Source: Syntrophorhabdaceae bacterium
GTDB lineage: Bacteria > Desulfobacterota > Syntrophorhabdia > Syntrophorhabdales > Syntrophorhabdaceae
Direction: 5' to 3'
Assembly: GCA_963665295.1 (NCBI GenBank)
Contig: OY762209.1
Location: forward strand, 2,432,001 to 2,496,000
DNA length: 64,000 nt
Below are positions 50,201 to 59,622 of the stretch, one piece after another; within the stretch, counting starts at the first letter, position 1, and the number at the start of each line of letters is the position of its first letter. Below the pieces are notes generated by a model that had not been told where the DNA came from, did no database searches, and saw nothing but the letters and a program-made list of their open reading frames with translations. The translations under genes and the position numbers were made by a program.

Positions 50201-51267
50201 CCGTTTTTGATGCAGGTGTAGTTCACCCCGTTCACCAGGGCCTGCGTCGCGGGAGTGCCGTCGAAAACCGACTGGCGGTCTCCTGTCGGAAATACGGGCT
50301 GGGTCGCTCCCGTATTCGCGTAAGCGGGGGCGTGGTCGCCTTCGACGCTCGCCACCATGTAGAGGTGGCCGTTTTCGGGAGACGGGACGCACGTGGAGGC
50401 GGAGCGGGTTGAACTCTCCGCGTAGACCTTCAGGTTGTTGTCCCAGGGGTCTGTCTTCACGATTCGCTTGGAGAAGGGCGTCTCCACCTTGGTGTCGCCG
50501 AAATTTGAGATGTGACTCTGGTTAAGATGACCGAGGCGCGTCTCGAGGATGAGGCCCGGGTAGTAGCCCGTGGACTGGTCGTTGATCTCTATCTTCTCGA
50601 AGGAGTCGATGGGACCGAGGCCGAAATCGACGAGGAGGTTCATGTACTGCTTCGTGCCCCTGTTCTCCCGGAACCACGAGATCACCGTGCCGTGATGAGG
50701 GACCGTGCCATAGCTTTTGGACACGTAACCGCCCTGCTGCTGCACGGTCTGAGGTTGCCAGGAATAAGTCTGGGAGCTTCTGCCGGACGTGAGGGGCGAA
50801 GCGGAAGTGGCTTCAACCTGGGGACCTCCCAAGATGTTCGAGAGGAGGCCTCCGGTGGCTACCGCCGTGCCGATGGATGCGAAGGAAGCGAGGAAGCCGC
50901 CCATGGAACTGATCACGTCACCGGGATCGCGAACGACAGGAACGAAGCTCACCAGGTCAAAGGGCCTGGGGAACGTCGAATCGAGGAGGGCGTCGGAAAC
51001 GGGGCGATTGTTGAGGCCCGTGGCGAACCGGCGGTCCCGGGGTACGTGACGCGCCTTCAGGGCGGCGAGGTCCTCCCCCGTGTAGGGGACGAAGGAAACC
51101 TCACGGCCGTTTGCGCGATTGACGGGGTCCGTGACCACGATAACCGTGATCGTCTCCGGCTCCGGGGCTACGGAAAAAGGAAGGGAACGGTCGCGGACCC
51201 GTTTTTGGGCGGCCCTATGCTGTCGCCATACCTTCTGTGCGGCCCTTGAGCGGGTTATCCGATCCAT
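47269..51267 (-). CDS. Tail tip / host specificity protein (lambda gpJ-like)
   Basis: VSKSYG, GLGPID, GHLNQ, YP..LLGIKALA, PAWVDWDVLT, FnIII-like segment. Confidence 0.8.
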   Translation of the reverse strand: MDRITRSRAAQKVWRQHRAAQKRVRDRSLPFSVAPEPETITVIVVTDPVNRANGREVSFVPYTGEDLAALKARHVPRDRRFATGLNNRPVSDALLDSTFPRPFDLVSFVPVVRDPGDVISSMGGFLASFASIGTAVATGGLLSNILGGPQVEATSASPLTSGRSSQTYSWQPQTVQQQGGYVSKSYGTVPHHGTVISWFRENRGTKQYMNLLVDFGLGPIDSFEKIEINDQSTGYYPGLILETRLGHLNQSHISNFGDTKVETPFSKRIVKTDPWDNNLKVYAESSTRSASTCVPSPENGHLYMVASVEGDHAPAYANTGATQPVFPTGDRQSVFDGTPATQALVNGVNYTCIKNGTKGNNNLPGTGVNWTQYWITGGTDGVPWADVPNSLVKAKGVRWVEAGLYPYVETTEADNFTGLEFDISCLKGCYSVSGGIVSSSVVMRLEIAEEGTENWKTITRRATSDHTVNFNGKWSAGHWIEQADGKQVWEEVAAGTTTSTAHHEGDEYAHDYAADEDGFTYGYRRDFWHWFTGSARVGTAFENTLKINGSGASVVRRTVRADETTNGIKYRYRLTKLTNEKSNASSSMNETTLTALRTVVSDRFEYPRHVLLGIKALAVEGLSSIKVRVVMKASLVKTYDAATETWTVQHSDRPAWVDWDVLTRPVLDNDLNVVRYDGEIDPAKLDLEKYVDLEEYNAGAVDDGAGGTEPRHTFNGTFDSDLSVHEAAQAVEKIGHFTHVWLGTEVTLAIDKPGDPVDVITVRDMEKGAAHTVFAPAREKFASLEGTILDRDNDYAQTPIRVVNDSQAGRTRTASIDLIGCTSQTESTRHGYYQLKKDELEDESVDLVSDLSSTGLTIGDRITWQPNHPDWGINGAVVSATTTAVELDEDVTVASGETWWIKVRITDPALGRKIELRPVTSAPGTHRTVTVSPAFSSAPSRFDPFILGKCPEQVYTIKSLDMTEDMRVAFELKNYVAAALADGPPDKQIPIFSRPTSYVEDLALSIEAYEDEEGTTVQNIAVTYSVPADTTLAQANVYYRKVEDDGSTGDWTLSGSTTITRYTIPAVDASSTYEVCVTTDQVPASSPAAETKLISTAGSSTEADTDLELDIMKLNFQYASWAQFAIFDGFADKSKRADPDPSTNPAVIANGAVIQANSNPGTVSGFVSADYPSMTTIETGIGEAGAGHLIDVDKTWYTDQCKNLTLLDATGTAFNVMGNTPNTIAVSGTPASGAYSLKDDNPAYMIAFCAWEDSIQGGGFGFLKMEVTFDGAANWQTVLDTEHGINSTGGTVAIAHPGTDYAVRFALTNDENGKGPVVRDYLVCTDPSPWRY

Positions 51268-51641
51268 CGGTAGAACCCCCTGATCCTGCCCCACCGGAGG
51301 CGGGTGATGCGGTCCGTGGTGACGCCCCGGTTATCGAACTCGATGGCATGAATGAAACGGCGACAACCGGGAAGAACCGCGCCGACGTGAGTGACGAACT
51401 TTGAGCCCAGGAGGCTCACGCTCACGATCGCCCACGGCTCAGGCCGGGCGAGGATGTCGCTCGACTCGGCGAGCCGGGTGATAATGAGTTCATTCCGTCC
51501 TTCCGGAGAGTCGGGGTCTTCCACTTCCGGAAGAATGACGCCGCCACGGGCGTAGAGCAGCCGGAGGAGGCCGTAACATCTGCCCACCGATTCCCAGGAA
51601 TGGCCGAGAAGGTCGAGATACCGGATGTTCGCGGGCATCAT
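51255..51641 (-). CDS. NlpC/P60-like tail assembly protein (gpK-like)
   Basis: GRCYGL, THVG, FIHA, GFYRW. Confidence 0.78.
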   Translation of the reverse strand: MMPANIRYLDLLGHSWESVGRCYGLLRLLYARGGVILPEVEDPDSPEGRNELIITRLAESSDILARPEPWAIVSVSLLGSKFVTHVGAVLPGCRRFIHAIEFDNRGVTTDRITRLRWGRIRGFYRWIG

Positions 51642-52426
51642 ACGATCTGCACCTTCGTGTCGGAAAGGCCCACGTAACCCCCGTACCGGCGGGAGACGCC
51701 ATACACCCGGCATTCTTCGAGGGTGTGGCCGCAGGTGGCCGTGCCCGGAGTGTAGAGCGTGTCCGGAAGCCAGGAATTGACTCCTCCCGAGGCGATCTTG
51801 CGCCAGTAGTTCACCCAGAGGGCCGAGGTACCCGTTACCGGGCGGGTGCGGACGGATGACGTGTGAGGGATGAGGCACAGGTAAGTCGCTGCGTCTTCTC
51901 CGATCACCTTGCTCGCCGTGGGGTCGATGACCGTGCATTCCACGCCGCGGAAGGGGTGTCCGCAGCGGGCGGCGAAGTACCTCTGCAAGAGGAACCGCTC
52001 CTCGAAGATATTCGGGGCGCCGAGGTTGAAGATCACGATTTGCGACCTGTCGTCGATCTCGGCATTCTGCATCTCGTAGACGACCTCGAAGTCGGCGGCG
52101 GCGAGATTGACCGTGTTGACCCCGTAAATCGTCACCACGGACCCGGAAGCGCCCCTCAGGCGGCGTACGTACCCGGAAATCCCGAGGTCCGTGTCATCCA
52201 GCGAGATCGCGAGGAGAGGCATCTCGCCCTGGCTTCCCGCGCGGATAATGCTCCCCCTGAGATCACAGGGCTCGTAATTCTCGCCGAGAAAGGGGATCGA
52301 GGACGTGGCGTTACAAAGACGCTTCACGTTCCCGTCCGTGAACTCGGCCCGGATCAGGACGAACTCATCATGCCCGGAGGCCATCTTGTCATTTTCGAGG
52401 ATTATGGCGAGGGGCCGGGTGCGCAT
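51638..52426 (-). CDS. Minor tail protein (gpL-like, Cys motifs)
   Basis: C.H.FRG.EC and C.HTLEEC..YGGY motifs; position. Confidence 0.75.
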   Translation of the reverse strand: MRTRPLAIILENDKMASGHDEFVLIRAEFTDGNVKRLCNATSSIPFLGENYEPCDLRGSIIRAGSQGEMPLLAISLDDTDLGISGYVRRLRGASGSVVTIYGVNTVNLAAADFEVVYEMQNAEIDDRSQIVIFNLGAPNIFEERFLLQRYFAARCGHPFRGVECTVIDPTASKVIGEDAATYLCLIPHTSSVRTRPVTGTSALWVNYWRKIASGGVNSWLPDTLYTPGTATCGHTLEECRVYGVSRRYGGYVGLSDTKVQIV

Positions 52427-52966
52427 TTACATTTCCTCCAGAGGAACGGAGGCCTTGAACTTCTGATGGTTTATCCGGGTAAACTTCACGCCGCCTTCCC
52501 TCACCCGGACGAGGTAGGTGTTTTCCTTCCACGTGACGGTGGTGGGGGTTTCCCCGTCGGTCACTGTGGCGTTCTTGGTGGCGGGGAAAGTCGGGGCTGT
52601 CGCTCCGGAGGTGCCCCCCACGGTGCAGATGTAGGAATGGCCGTTCGGGGTCACGGGATGAATGATATCGTCCGCGGTGTACACGTGGTTCGCCTGCCAG
52701 GTATTATCACCGTAGGACTCGTCCCTGTTTCTCCAGTAAAAGGGGACTGAACCCACCTTGCGGGCCTTGAGGAACTTCTCGAAGGTAATTTTCTCCGTGG
52801 GGGTAAGCTCCGTGTCGAAGTCGAACACCTTGGTATCGCGGAACGCGCCCGCCCGGGTCTTCACGTACCCCTTACCCATGGTGGTGCGGCGCGTGGGGTC
52901 GATCAATTGGTCCGAGTTGCCGAAGAACTGGGCCGCGTCGGGAAGGGGATAATCCTCGTAACTCAT
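52427..52966 (-). CDS. Distal tail protein (gpM-like) with inserted small carbohydrate-binding-like module
   Basis: GYVKTR...PFYW...LEEM frame with a WQANHVY...SYICTVGGTSG insert; follows the tape measure. Confidence 0.65.
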   Translation of the reverse strand: MSYEDYPLPDAAQFFGNSDQLIDPTRRTTMGKGYVKTRAGAFRDTKVFDFDTELTPTEKITFEKFLKARKVGSVPFYWRNRDESYGDNTWQANHVYTADDIIHPVTPNGHSYICTVGGTSGATAPTFPATKNATVTDGETPTTVTWKENTYLVRVREGGVKFTRINHQKFKASVPLEEM

Positions 52967-55900
52967 CAGTAGCCCCGTCTGGTCTGGAGGCGTTTGGACA
53001 ACTTGCCGCCCCTGCCTGAATTCTTGAGCACGAATTTAACGACCATCTTTTCCGCCTCGCTGTCCCAACGAGGTTCGTCCTGGGTCATCTCTACATCCTT
53101 GAGCGCCCCCGAATGGTCTTCGAAGACCACGTGGACCGACGGCGTCGCGCCCAGCTTGTCGAGGTTGGGGATAACCCGGCCGCCCGTGTTGGGGATCATC
53201 AGTTCGGGACGGTTCTCGCCCACGATCATGGGCATGCCCGCTTCGTAGATCCCGCCGGCGTCGAAGTGAAACCAATCCCATACGTCACCGAAGGGGTCCC
53301 ACCCGTTCGTGCCGGAGAAATAGCCCAGGGGGAAGCCGAATTGACTCCACCAGCCGAGGCGGCTGATGTCCTCGAAATTGCCGCTTGTGGCGCTCCCGAA
53401 GGTATCCCCAAGGCCCGACCAATCGTCGTGAATGGAGCCGGATAGTATCCCCGCTCCTTTATCTCCCAGGTATTCACGACCAAGGACCCCGGCAAGGACC
53501 GATCCACCGGTAATCCCTGCGCCGCCGCCCAATCCTCCGAGGAACCCTTCACCGCCGCCTCCCCCGCCGAAAAGGCTTGACAACCACGACCACATCCCGC
53601 CGCCGTCAGTGCCGCCCATGCCCGTTTCCCATGTGCCGTAGTTGGCGGGATCAGAGAAGGCGGCTTCATATCCGGTAGGCACTCCCGCGGCCCATTCGCC
53701 GTAATTGGCGGGGTTGTTGAACGTACCTTCCCAACCGGTAGCCCCTTCCGAGGTGGGCCATGTGCCGTAATTGTACTCGCTGTAGAATTCGGGGCCCACT
53801 TTCGAGGAGGGGCCGAACATCTGATTGTAAAGGTTGTACAGACTCTTCCCGTTCTTGTAGAGCTTGTGCAACTGCTGGACGGAGGCCAGGGGGTTGTTGC
53901 CGGCGTCGTTACCGCCCAGGGACGAGAGGCCCGAGCCGATACCCATGAGGGAGGAAAGCCACCCGCCGCCTGAACCTCCGCCTCCGAACCAACTGCTGAA
54001 CCAACTCGAAGATCCTTCTTCGCCTGAAGGCCAGGTGCCATAGTTCCCGGCGGCGTCGAACCTGCCCCAGTCCCGGTCACCGTTGCCCGTTGAGCCCGGC
54101 TTGAGGGAGTCAGACAAGTCCTTGATGCTGCCGGACAGACCTTCCGTGGACTGGTCCGTAATCGACCTGTCCGAGGAGCCGACGAGGGCGGTGGTGAGAT
54201 TCCGGAGGGCCTCGGTATTCTCTTTCGTGGCGAGGAACGCCTCCGCGTCACGGGCGGTGGTCGGTTGGGCGGGTGATTTCATGCCGAGGAGGCTGTAAAG
54301 GGTGTCCTTCGCCTGTCCCACGATAAGCTCGGCTCCCGCCTTTGCGAAAAGACGCCTGAAGGCGTTGTTGAGGCTCTCGATCTTGTACTCCGAAGGGGAA
54401 TAGAGATAGTCTTCAAGGTTCTTCTCAATCGACTGAGCCATGCCCTTGGAAAGTTCCTCGGCCGTCTGGAATGTGGATCTCATTTCGTAGACGTAGTCAC
54501 GGAGACCGCGTGAAAGGCCGTCGCCAAATGAACCCGTCTGCTCCTTGAGGGAGAGTTGGAGGTCCATGATCTGTTTTTCCGTGTTCGCGATCTTGTCAAG
54601 GAGGGTGATCTTGGCGATGTCATTCCCCGAATCCATGGCCGCCTGGAGGCTTGACCGGTAGGTGTCGAGGAGGCGCTGCTCGGCGGCGATCTTTTCCGAG
54701 TAGATGGCGGCCTTAGGGACGGTCCGGTCCTTCTCCATGATGTCGAGGGAGGCGAGGCGGCGGCGTGTCTCGGATTCGAGGACGTTCCGATCGTTCTCCT
54801 GCAGGATACGGGCCTTATTCGCGGCGGCGATCTTACGGAACCTCGACAGCTCCTCCTCCGCCTCTTCCTCTGTTTTCACATATTTCATGGCCTGGCGGCG
54901 CATCTCTTCGACCCACTTGTCCTCAAGGACGAGGCGCTTGTTGATCTCCGAGGCCTGCTTCTCGGTGACGCTCTCCTGGGTCTTGCGCCATGCTTCTTCA
55001 CTGTCCCTGCGGAGCTTTTGTTCTTTTTCGTACATTTCGATCCGCGCTGAATCTTCGATGTAGGCGTTTGCCGTGGCCACGACCGAGTTGACCTTTCCCT
55101 TATCCATCCCGCTTTCTATCAGCTTCTGAGCCTGGCGGTCGATCTCGTTCATTTTCTTCGCCTGCTCGGTAAGGGCGGGGTTAAGGTTTTCGATCTGGAC
55201 AAGCCAGTTTTTGTACGTTTCCGCGAGTTGTTCTATCTTCCCCTTGCTCTTCTCCGCGTCGATGCGGGCCTTGAGGGCGGCGTTTTCCTCCTCGCGCTGC
55301 GTCGTGAGGTAGGCGGCATAGGCTTTCTTGTCGTCTTCGGTGATGCCCGGTTCGTAGCCCACGCCTTCCATGGCCTTGCGGGCGTCCGAGTCGTCCTGTC
55401 GCCTGCCGTAGGGGGTCACGCCGTAAGTGCCGGCGGGGCGGGTGATCCTTCCTCTACCCTCCGCCGTGTCCATTGCCGCCGCGAAGTCCCTGATGGCGCC
55501 GATGCCTCCACCTACGATGGTGACAATGAGCTTGCCTATCTCTTCCCGGGTCTGGGAGATGTGGGCCCGGTGCCGCTGAAGCACTTCGGAGACGGAATCG
55601 GTCTGCACCCCCATCTCGGCGCTGGCGATCTGAGCGTTACGGTACGCCATCTGAAGGAGATTGACATCGTCTATTCCGAGTTGTGTCGCCTTGTTGAGAA
55701 GGCCCATTTCCTCACGGGTAATGAGGCCGAAGCGGCGCATCGCACGAGGAATGTCGTTCGCGATGGAATCGGCGATCGATTCATAGGCGTCCTTTACATC
55801 GACTCCCTGACGGCGCGCGGCTGTCCGGGCCATCTCGCCGATCTGGACCATACCCGCCGGGTCGATATCCTGAGTGACGCCCTTGAGGGCCTTTTGCATG

Positions 55901-56382
55901 AGGTCGCTGTCGTCGATGGTCCCCGCCGTGGCCCGCTTCATGGCTGCCACGATGGCGTCCGCCGAGAAATCCATGGACCGGGCCGCGTGGCCGAAGGCCT
56001 CCTCTACCTGGAGCGCCTTTGCGCCTATTTCCGTGAATTCCTTTCCCTTGTTCACCGCCACCATGGCGGAGGCGATCCCTGCGGAAAGGGCCAGCCAGTG
56101 CGACTTGATCTGGGAGATGATGCCCGTCTGGTTGCCGAGCAGTTCCTGGTTGAGCCGGGCTATTTCCTTGTTTTTCGCCAGTTCCGCCTGTCTTATTTCC
56201 GCGGCGGAGGCGAGGCCCGAAGCCTTGATGGTATCGTAGGCGGCGGTGACGTTGCCTTTCTGGGCGTTGATGTCGGCGACGGTGGACGTGTTGAGGGTTT
56301 TGTAGGCGGACCCAACCTCTTTCGTGACAGCGATCGCCCGGGAACCGTCGGCGCTGATGATGAGTTTTACTTCATTTGCCAT
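52966..56382 (-). CDS. Tail tape measure protein
   Basis: 1138 aa, helical/coiled-coil, MANEVKLIISA start, C-terminal GG...VGENRPEL..P...G. Confidence 0.9.
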   Translation of the reverse strand: MANEVKLIISADGSRAIAVTKEVGSAYKTLNTSTVADINAQKGNVTAAYDTIKASGLASAAEIRQAELAKNKEIARLNQELLGNQTGIISQIKSHWLALSAGIASAMVAVNKGKEFTEIGAKALQVEEAFGHAARSMDFSADAIVAAMKRATAGTIDDSDLMQKALKGVTQDIDPAGMVQIGEMARTAARRQGVDVKDAYESIADSIANDIPRAMRRFGLITREEMGLLNKATQLGIDDVNLLQMAYRNAQIASAEMGVQTDSVSEVLQRHRAHISQTREEIGKLIVTIVGGGIGAIRDFAAAMDTAEGRGRITRPAGTYGVTPYGRRQDDSDARKAMEGVGYEPGITEDDKKAYAAYLTTQREEENAALKARIDAEKSKGKIEQLAETYKNWLVQIENLNPALTEQAKKMNEIDRQAQKLIESGMDKGKVNSVVATANAYIEDSARIEMYEKEQKLRRDSEEAWRKTQESVTEKQASEINKRLVLEDKWVEEMRRQAMKYVKTEEEAEEELSRFRKIAAANKARILQENDRNVLESETRRRLASLDIMEKDRTVPKAAIYSEKIAAEQRLLDTYRSSLQAAMDSGNDIAKITLLDKIANTEKQIMDLQLSLKEQTGSFGDGLSRGLRDYVYEMRSTFQTAEELSKGMAQSIEKNLEDYLYSPSEYKIESLNNAFRRLFAKAGAELIVGQAKDTLYSLLGMKSPAQPTTARDAEAFLATKENTEALRNLTTALVGSSDRSITDQSTEGLSGSIKDLSDSLKPGSTGNGDRDWGRFDAAGNYGTWPSGEEGSSSWFSSWFGGGGSGGGWLSSLMGIGSGLSSLGGNDAGNNPLASVQQLHKLYKNGKSLYNLYNQMFGPSSKVGPEFYSEYNYGTWPTSEGATGWEGTFNNPANYGEWAAGVPTGYEAAFSDPANYGTWETGMGGTDGGGMWSWLSSLFGGGGGGEGFLGGLGGGAGITGGSVLAGVLGREYLGDKGAGILSGSIHDDWSGLGDTFGSATSGNFEDISRLGWWSQFGFPLGYFSGTNGWDPFGDVWDWFHFDAGGIYEAGMPMIVGENRPELMIPNTGGRVIPNLDKLGATPSVHVVFEDHSGALKDVEMTQDEPRWDSEAEKMVVKFVLKNSGRGGKLSKRLQTRRGY

Positions 56383-57180
56383 CTCTTACCCCTGCCTTGT
56401 TCTCTGGACACTTTTTGCACGTCCACTCAAAATACCGGCCGTACATCTCCCGGCACGCCGCTTCTTTATCCGCAGTACAGCGGGTAGAGCCTCCGGCGGC
56501 GAGGGCAGCGAGGACCTCCCGCTCAAAGAAGTGAACCTTTTCAAAGAAAGTCCGGTCCGTGGCGATGGAAAGCCTGTCGGCAACCAGGACAAGGGACGGG
56601 TAATTGAGGCCGCATGGACGGGCAGAGATGAACCCCTGGGAAATCCCTGCGGCGGCGATGAAATTTCCGTAGGGCTCCTTCTTCCACTGGGTCGATGTGA
56701 GAAACAACAGGTTCCAGAGATCAACATTTCCCGGCCGTACCTCTTTCGGAATCTCGCCGCTTACGAAACAGTCGGCGAGTTCCCTGAGTTTTTTAGTTCC
56801 GCCTCCTCGATGGAGAAGGCGAGAGAGTTGGAAATGTCGGACACCTGCTGGAAGACGCTGGGATCAGCGGAAGGCATGGTGAGAAAGAGGAGTTTCTTCT
56901 TGTTTTCGAGGGTGACTTCCCACGCTACGGGCTGTCCGTCGGGTCCGTGTTCGCCCACGCCCCTGAATTCCTCCACTACGAAATCGTAGGTGTCATCCAG
57001 CGCTTTTGCGGCACGCTTCTTTTCATCCCGGATGTCCTTCACCTTTTCCCGGATCGCGGTCTTGACGGCGTTCGTGAGAGGGCGAATCTTGACACCCACT
57101 TGTGCCCCCCATATGTTCAGATCAAACCACTGACCGGACCTTAATGCCTCTTCATACCCGGTATTTTTAACGATGAGCAT
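56372..57180 (-). CDS. Tail assembly chaperone G (56761-57180) and G-T fusion via -1 frameshift
   Basis: A AAA AAC slippery heptamer at 56794-56788; the -1 frame is open into the 56372-56707 ORF. Confidence 0.8.
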
Positions 57181-57270
57181 GTGGCCTCCTTGCTGGCATG
57201 TGATAGGGATTACTTATCATCCGGGGGTGAAATGGTCTGGCAGAGTGTTGCAAAATTTTTTAGAGGGGAG

Positions 57271-57300
57271 AAAAGAAAAAGCCGCAGGGGATGCCTGCGG
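57271..57300 (-). terminator. Intrinsic terminator after the moron
   Basis: CCGCAGG-catcc-CCTGCGG hairpin followed by a T-rich tract on the minus strand. Confidence 0.6.
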
Positions 57301-57340
57301 CCCGATATCGATAGAAGCTGCTATATCATGTCATTTTCGT

Positions 57341-57973
57341 TTACTGCGCTACAATCTGGTTATCTGATGGAGATTTCTTCAAGAAGAGTTTATCCAATAT
57401 TGCCGAGGTCGCGGTTGTGACGTTTTCCCTCCCCGGTTGGCTCTTGTCAAAATAGAAAAACCCTTTCTCTCGATTACTTTCCATCTCCACGCCTTCCTCA
57501 TCAAACACCTTTAGGGCCACATCGTAATGCAGAGCCGGGCGGAAATGCGTCTCCGTTTTCCACTCAATCAAAGTGAAATAGTAGACGACGTTGTCCGTCC
57601 GTGCCTCCAGCACATTCTTTCGGAATTGGGCAAATGACCATGAACACGGGACGATCTGCTGGACAGAGGATATCTGTTTTGACTTCAACCCGCTTACAAT
57701 GGAGAACCCCAGATCATCGGCGAAGGGCTTTCCTGACTTCGTATTAACGTCAAAAGGGATACCATATATGGACTTTTGAATCCCCACGAACGTGGATGGT
57801 TTCTTGCCCGTCTGCACATAGGGCCTGAGATCATGCACCGCCACAATAACGGACTTGCCGTTGGAATCGACGGCTAAATTGAGGGGCGCCTGATAGGATA
57901 TCTTCCGACCGAAGGCGCAGCTGGTGAGGGCAATAATAAGACAAAATAGAAACAGTTTTTTCGATATAGCCAT
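57341..57973 (-). CDS. Moron lipoprotein (YajG-like), AT-rich
   Basis: Lipobox LTSC, V.V.DLRP motif; own TTGACA-17-TAATAT promoter and downstream terminator. Confidence 0.7.
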   Translation of the reverse strand: MAISKKLFLFCLIIALTSCAFGRKISYQAPLNLAVDSNGKSVIVAVHDLRPYVQTGKKPSTFVGIQKSIYGIPFDVNTKSGKPFADDLGFSIVSGLKSKQISSVQQIVPCSWSFAQFRKNVLEARTDNVVYYFTLIEWKTETHFRPALHYDVALKVFDEEGVEMESNREKGFFYFDKSQPGRENVTTATSAILDKLFLKKSPSDNQIVAQ

Positions 57974-58039
57974 TAACCCCCACCTTTTCTGTTCTTTCGA
58001 TATTACGAAAAGTGCGATGCGATGTCAACTTATTTCCCC

Positions 58040-58079
58040 AAAAAAAACAGGCAAGGGAGCCGAAAGACCGGCCCCCTTG
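58040..58079 (-). terminator. Intrinsic terminator after the tail tube gene
   Basis: CAAGGGGGCCG..CGGCTCCCTTG hairpin then a T run on the minus strand. Confidence 0.6.
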
Positions 58080-58092
58080 AAATCATATTTGC

Positions 58093-59361
58093 TTACTGGG
58101 CGTAACCGGCTACTTTATTCGCCACGGTCCAGATACACGAGCCGTACGTGTCGTCCTGCAGTATCTGGATGTCTCCGGCTTCGGCGATCTGCTTGCCGTT
58201 TATCTTGAAATCGTCCGTGAGGACGTTGCACCTCGGAAAGATACCTTCCACATAGTAGTTCTTCCCGGTCTCAAACTCCGCTCCGGTGGCCTTCACGTAG
58301 GCCCCGAAATATTCGTTGTTCTTCATGAGCTGCTGAAGAATCGTGTCCCGGCTCTGGCGGTCGAGTTTGAGGAACTGCCGCCTGCCGTCGCGCTGCGCGT
58401 AATTGGCGTAGGTTCCCGTGCCTCCGGGGCGGAACTCCACTTTCATCTGGTTGTCGAGGCTGTATTCCACGGACTCTATTTCCGCGTCGATGGTGTGGCC
58501 TCCGAGGAAGGATGTGCCATTCCATTTGCCGCCGAGCTTCATGACCAGGTCGGACACCCTGAGGGGCGATTCCGTTACCCGGGCGGGGAATGTCATCCAG
58601 CCGCTTTCCGTGGGCACGTAGGTGATCTTGAAATTGCACGCGGTGTGCGTGCCGCCCGGAGCGGTCATGGTGATCACGGCGGGGGAGGCGTCCGAGGCGG
58701 CGCTGAACACCACGTCCTTCCATTCCAGGGTGCTCGGCACCTGAACCCTGATCTGGTGGATGCTGTCCAGTCTCGCCGTCGCTGTGGCGCCCTGAACTCC
58801 GTTCGCGGCAAGGGTAAGGGATGTAGCGTCGTAGAACCCGCTCACCGTCTCCTCGATCACGTTGTCCGTATACTTGCCGGTACCCACAATGGAAGCGGAG
58901 AGCTTCGCCCACGAGTCCTTTGCAAAGGTCATGGTGACTTTATCCACGAGACAGGAAGCGAGCCTCCTTTTAAGGATGGTCGCCCCGAGGCGCTGGGCGG
59001 CGGTAAAAAATGGATTATTCATGTCCGTCGTGGGGGTGATGACATGCTTGTAGCCCGTCCCCCAGGCGGCCGGGGTGTCAATGCCAAGGGCATAGGCGAG
59101 GATGAAACCCGCGTGCTGGGCCTGCATCTTTTCAAAGGAAAATGTTCCTTCCACAGTGGCCCCGAGGTCGTAGAGCATGTCTGCTTCTTCCATGCCATTG
59201 GCCTCGTTGGAATTGTCCTCCCGGCGCGTCTTGAGCTTCAGGATACTTGATATCTCCATGAGCATGGCCGTGTCGAGGGTCTGCTCCGTGTTGATGGCTG
59301 CCTCCCTGAGCAACGCGGAGACTGCGAAAAGGATATTGTTCGCAAGGTAGTTTCTACTCAT
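58093..59361 (-). CDS. Major tail tube protein
   Basis: 422-aa beta-rich protein with GYKHVITP motif, upstream of chaperones and tape measure. Confidence 0.7.
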   Translation of the reverse strand: MSRNYLANNILFAVSALLREAAINTEQTLDTAMLMEISSILKLKTRREDNSNEANGMEEADMLYDLGATVEGTFSFEKMQAQHAGFILAYALGIDTPAAWGTGYKHVITPTTDMNNPFFTAAQRLGATILKRRLASCLVDKVTMTFAKDSWAKLSASIVGTGKYTDNVIEETVSGFYDATSLTLAANGVQGATATARLDSIHQIRVQVPSTLEWKDVVFSAASDASPAVITMTAPGGTHTACNFKITYVPTESGWMTFPARVTESPLRVSDLVMKLGGKWNGTSFLGGHTIDAEIESVEYSLDNQMKVEFRPGGTGTYANYAQRDGRRQFLKLDRQSRDTILQQLMKNNEYFGAYVKATGAEFETGKNYYVEGIFPRCNVLTDDFKINGKQIAEAGDIQILQDDTYGSCIWTVANKVAGYAQ

Positions 59362-59621
59362 CAGCTTTCCTCCTCCGGGGATGTAGTAGGTGCTCCCGCT
59401 TCATCACCGGGGGCCTGATCGAGTGGTTGCGCGGCGGGAGATAGACGGGACGGGGCGGCAGGGCCAGGGGCGGCGTCCGGTTCCTCGGGGATCGCCTCGA
59501 ATTTCGCCTCTTCCTCCGGGGGCACTTGGGCGTAGCGGTAGCCTGACGCGAACTTGCGGCCCGCGAAGGGGCCATCCGTGCATTCGAAATCGGGGATGGT
59601 GGGCTTCAGTGTGTAATACAT
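59361..59621 (-). CDS. Phage hypothetical protein
   Basis: GGAGG RBS, coupled to the tail tube start; Pro/Ala/Glu-rich C-terminus. Confidence 0.6.
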   Translation of the reverse strand: MYYTLKPTIPDFECTDGPFAGRKFASGYRYAQVPPEEEAKFEAIPEEPDAAPGPAAPSRLSPAAQPLDQAPGDEAGAPTTSPEEES

Positions 59622-59622
59622 G

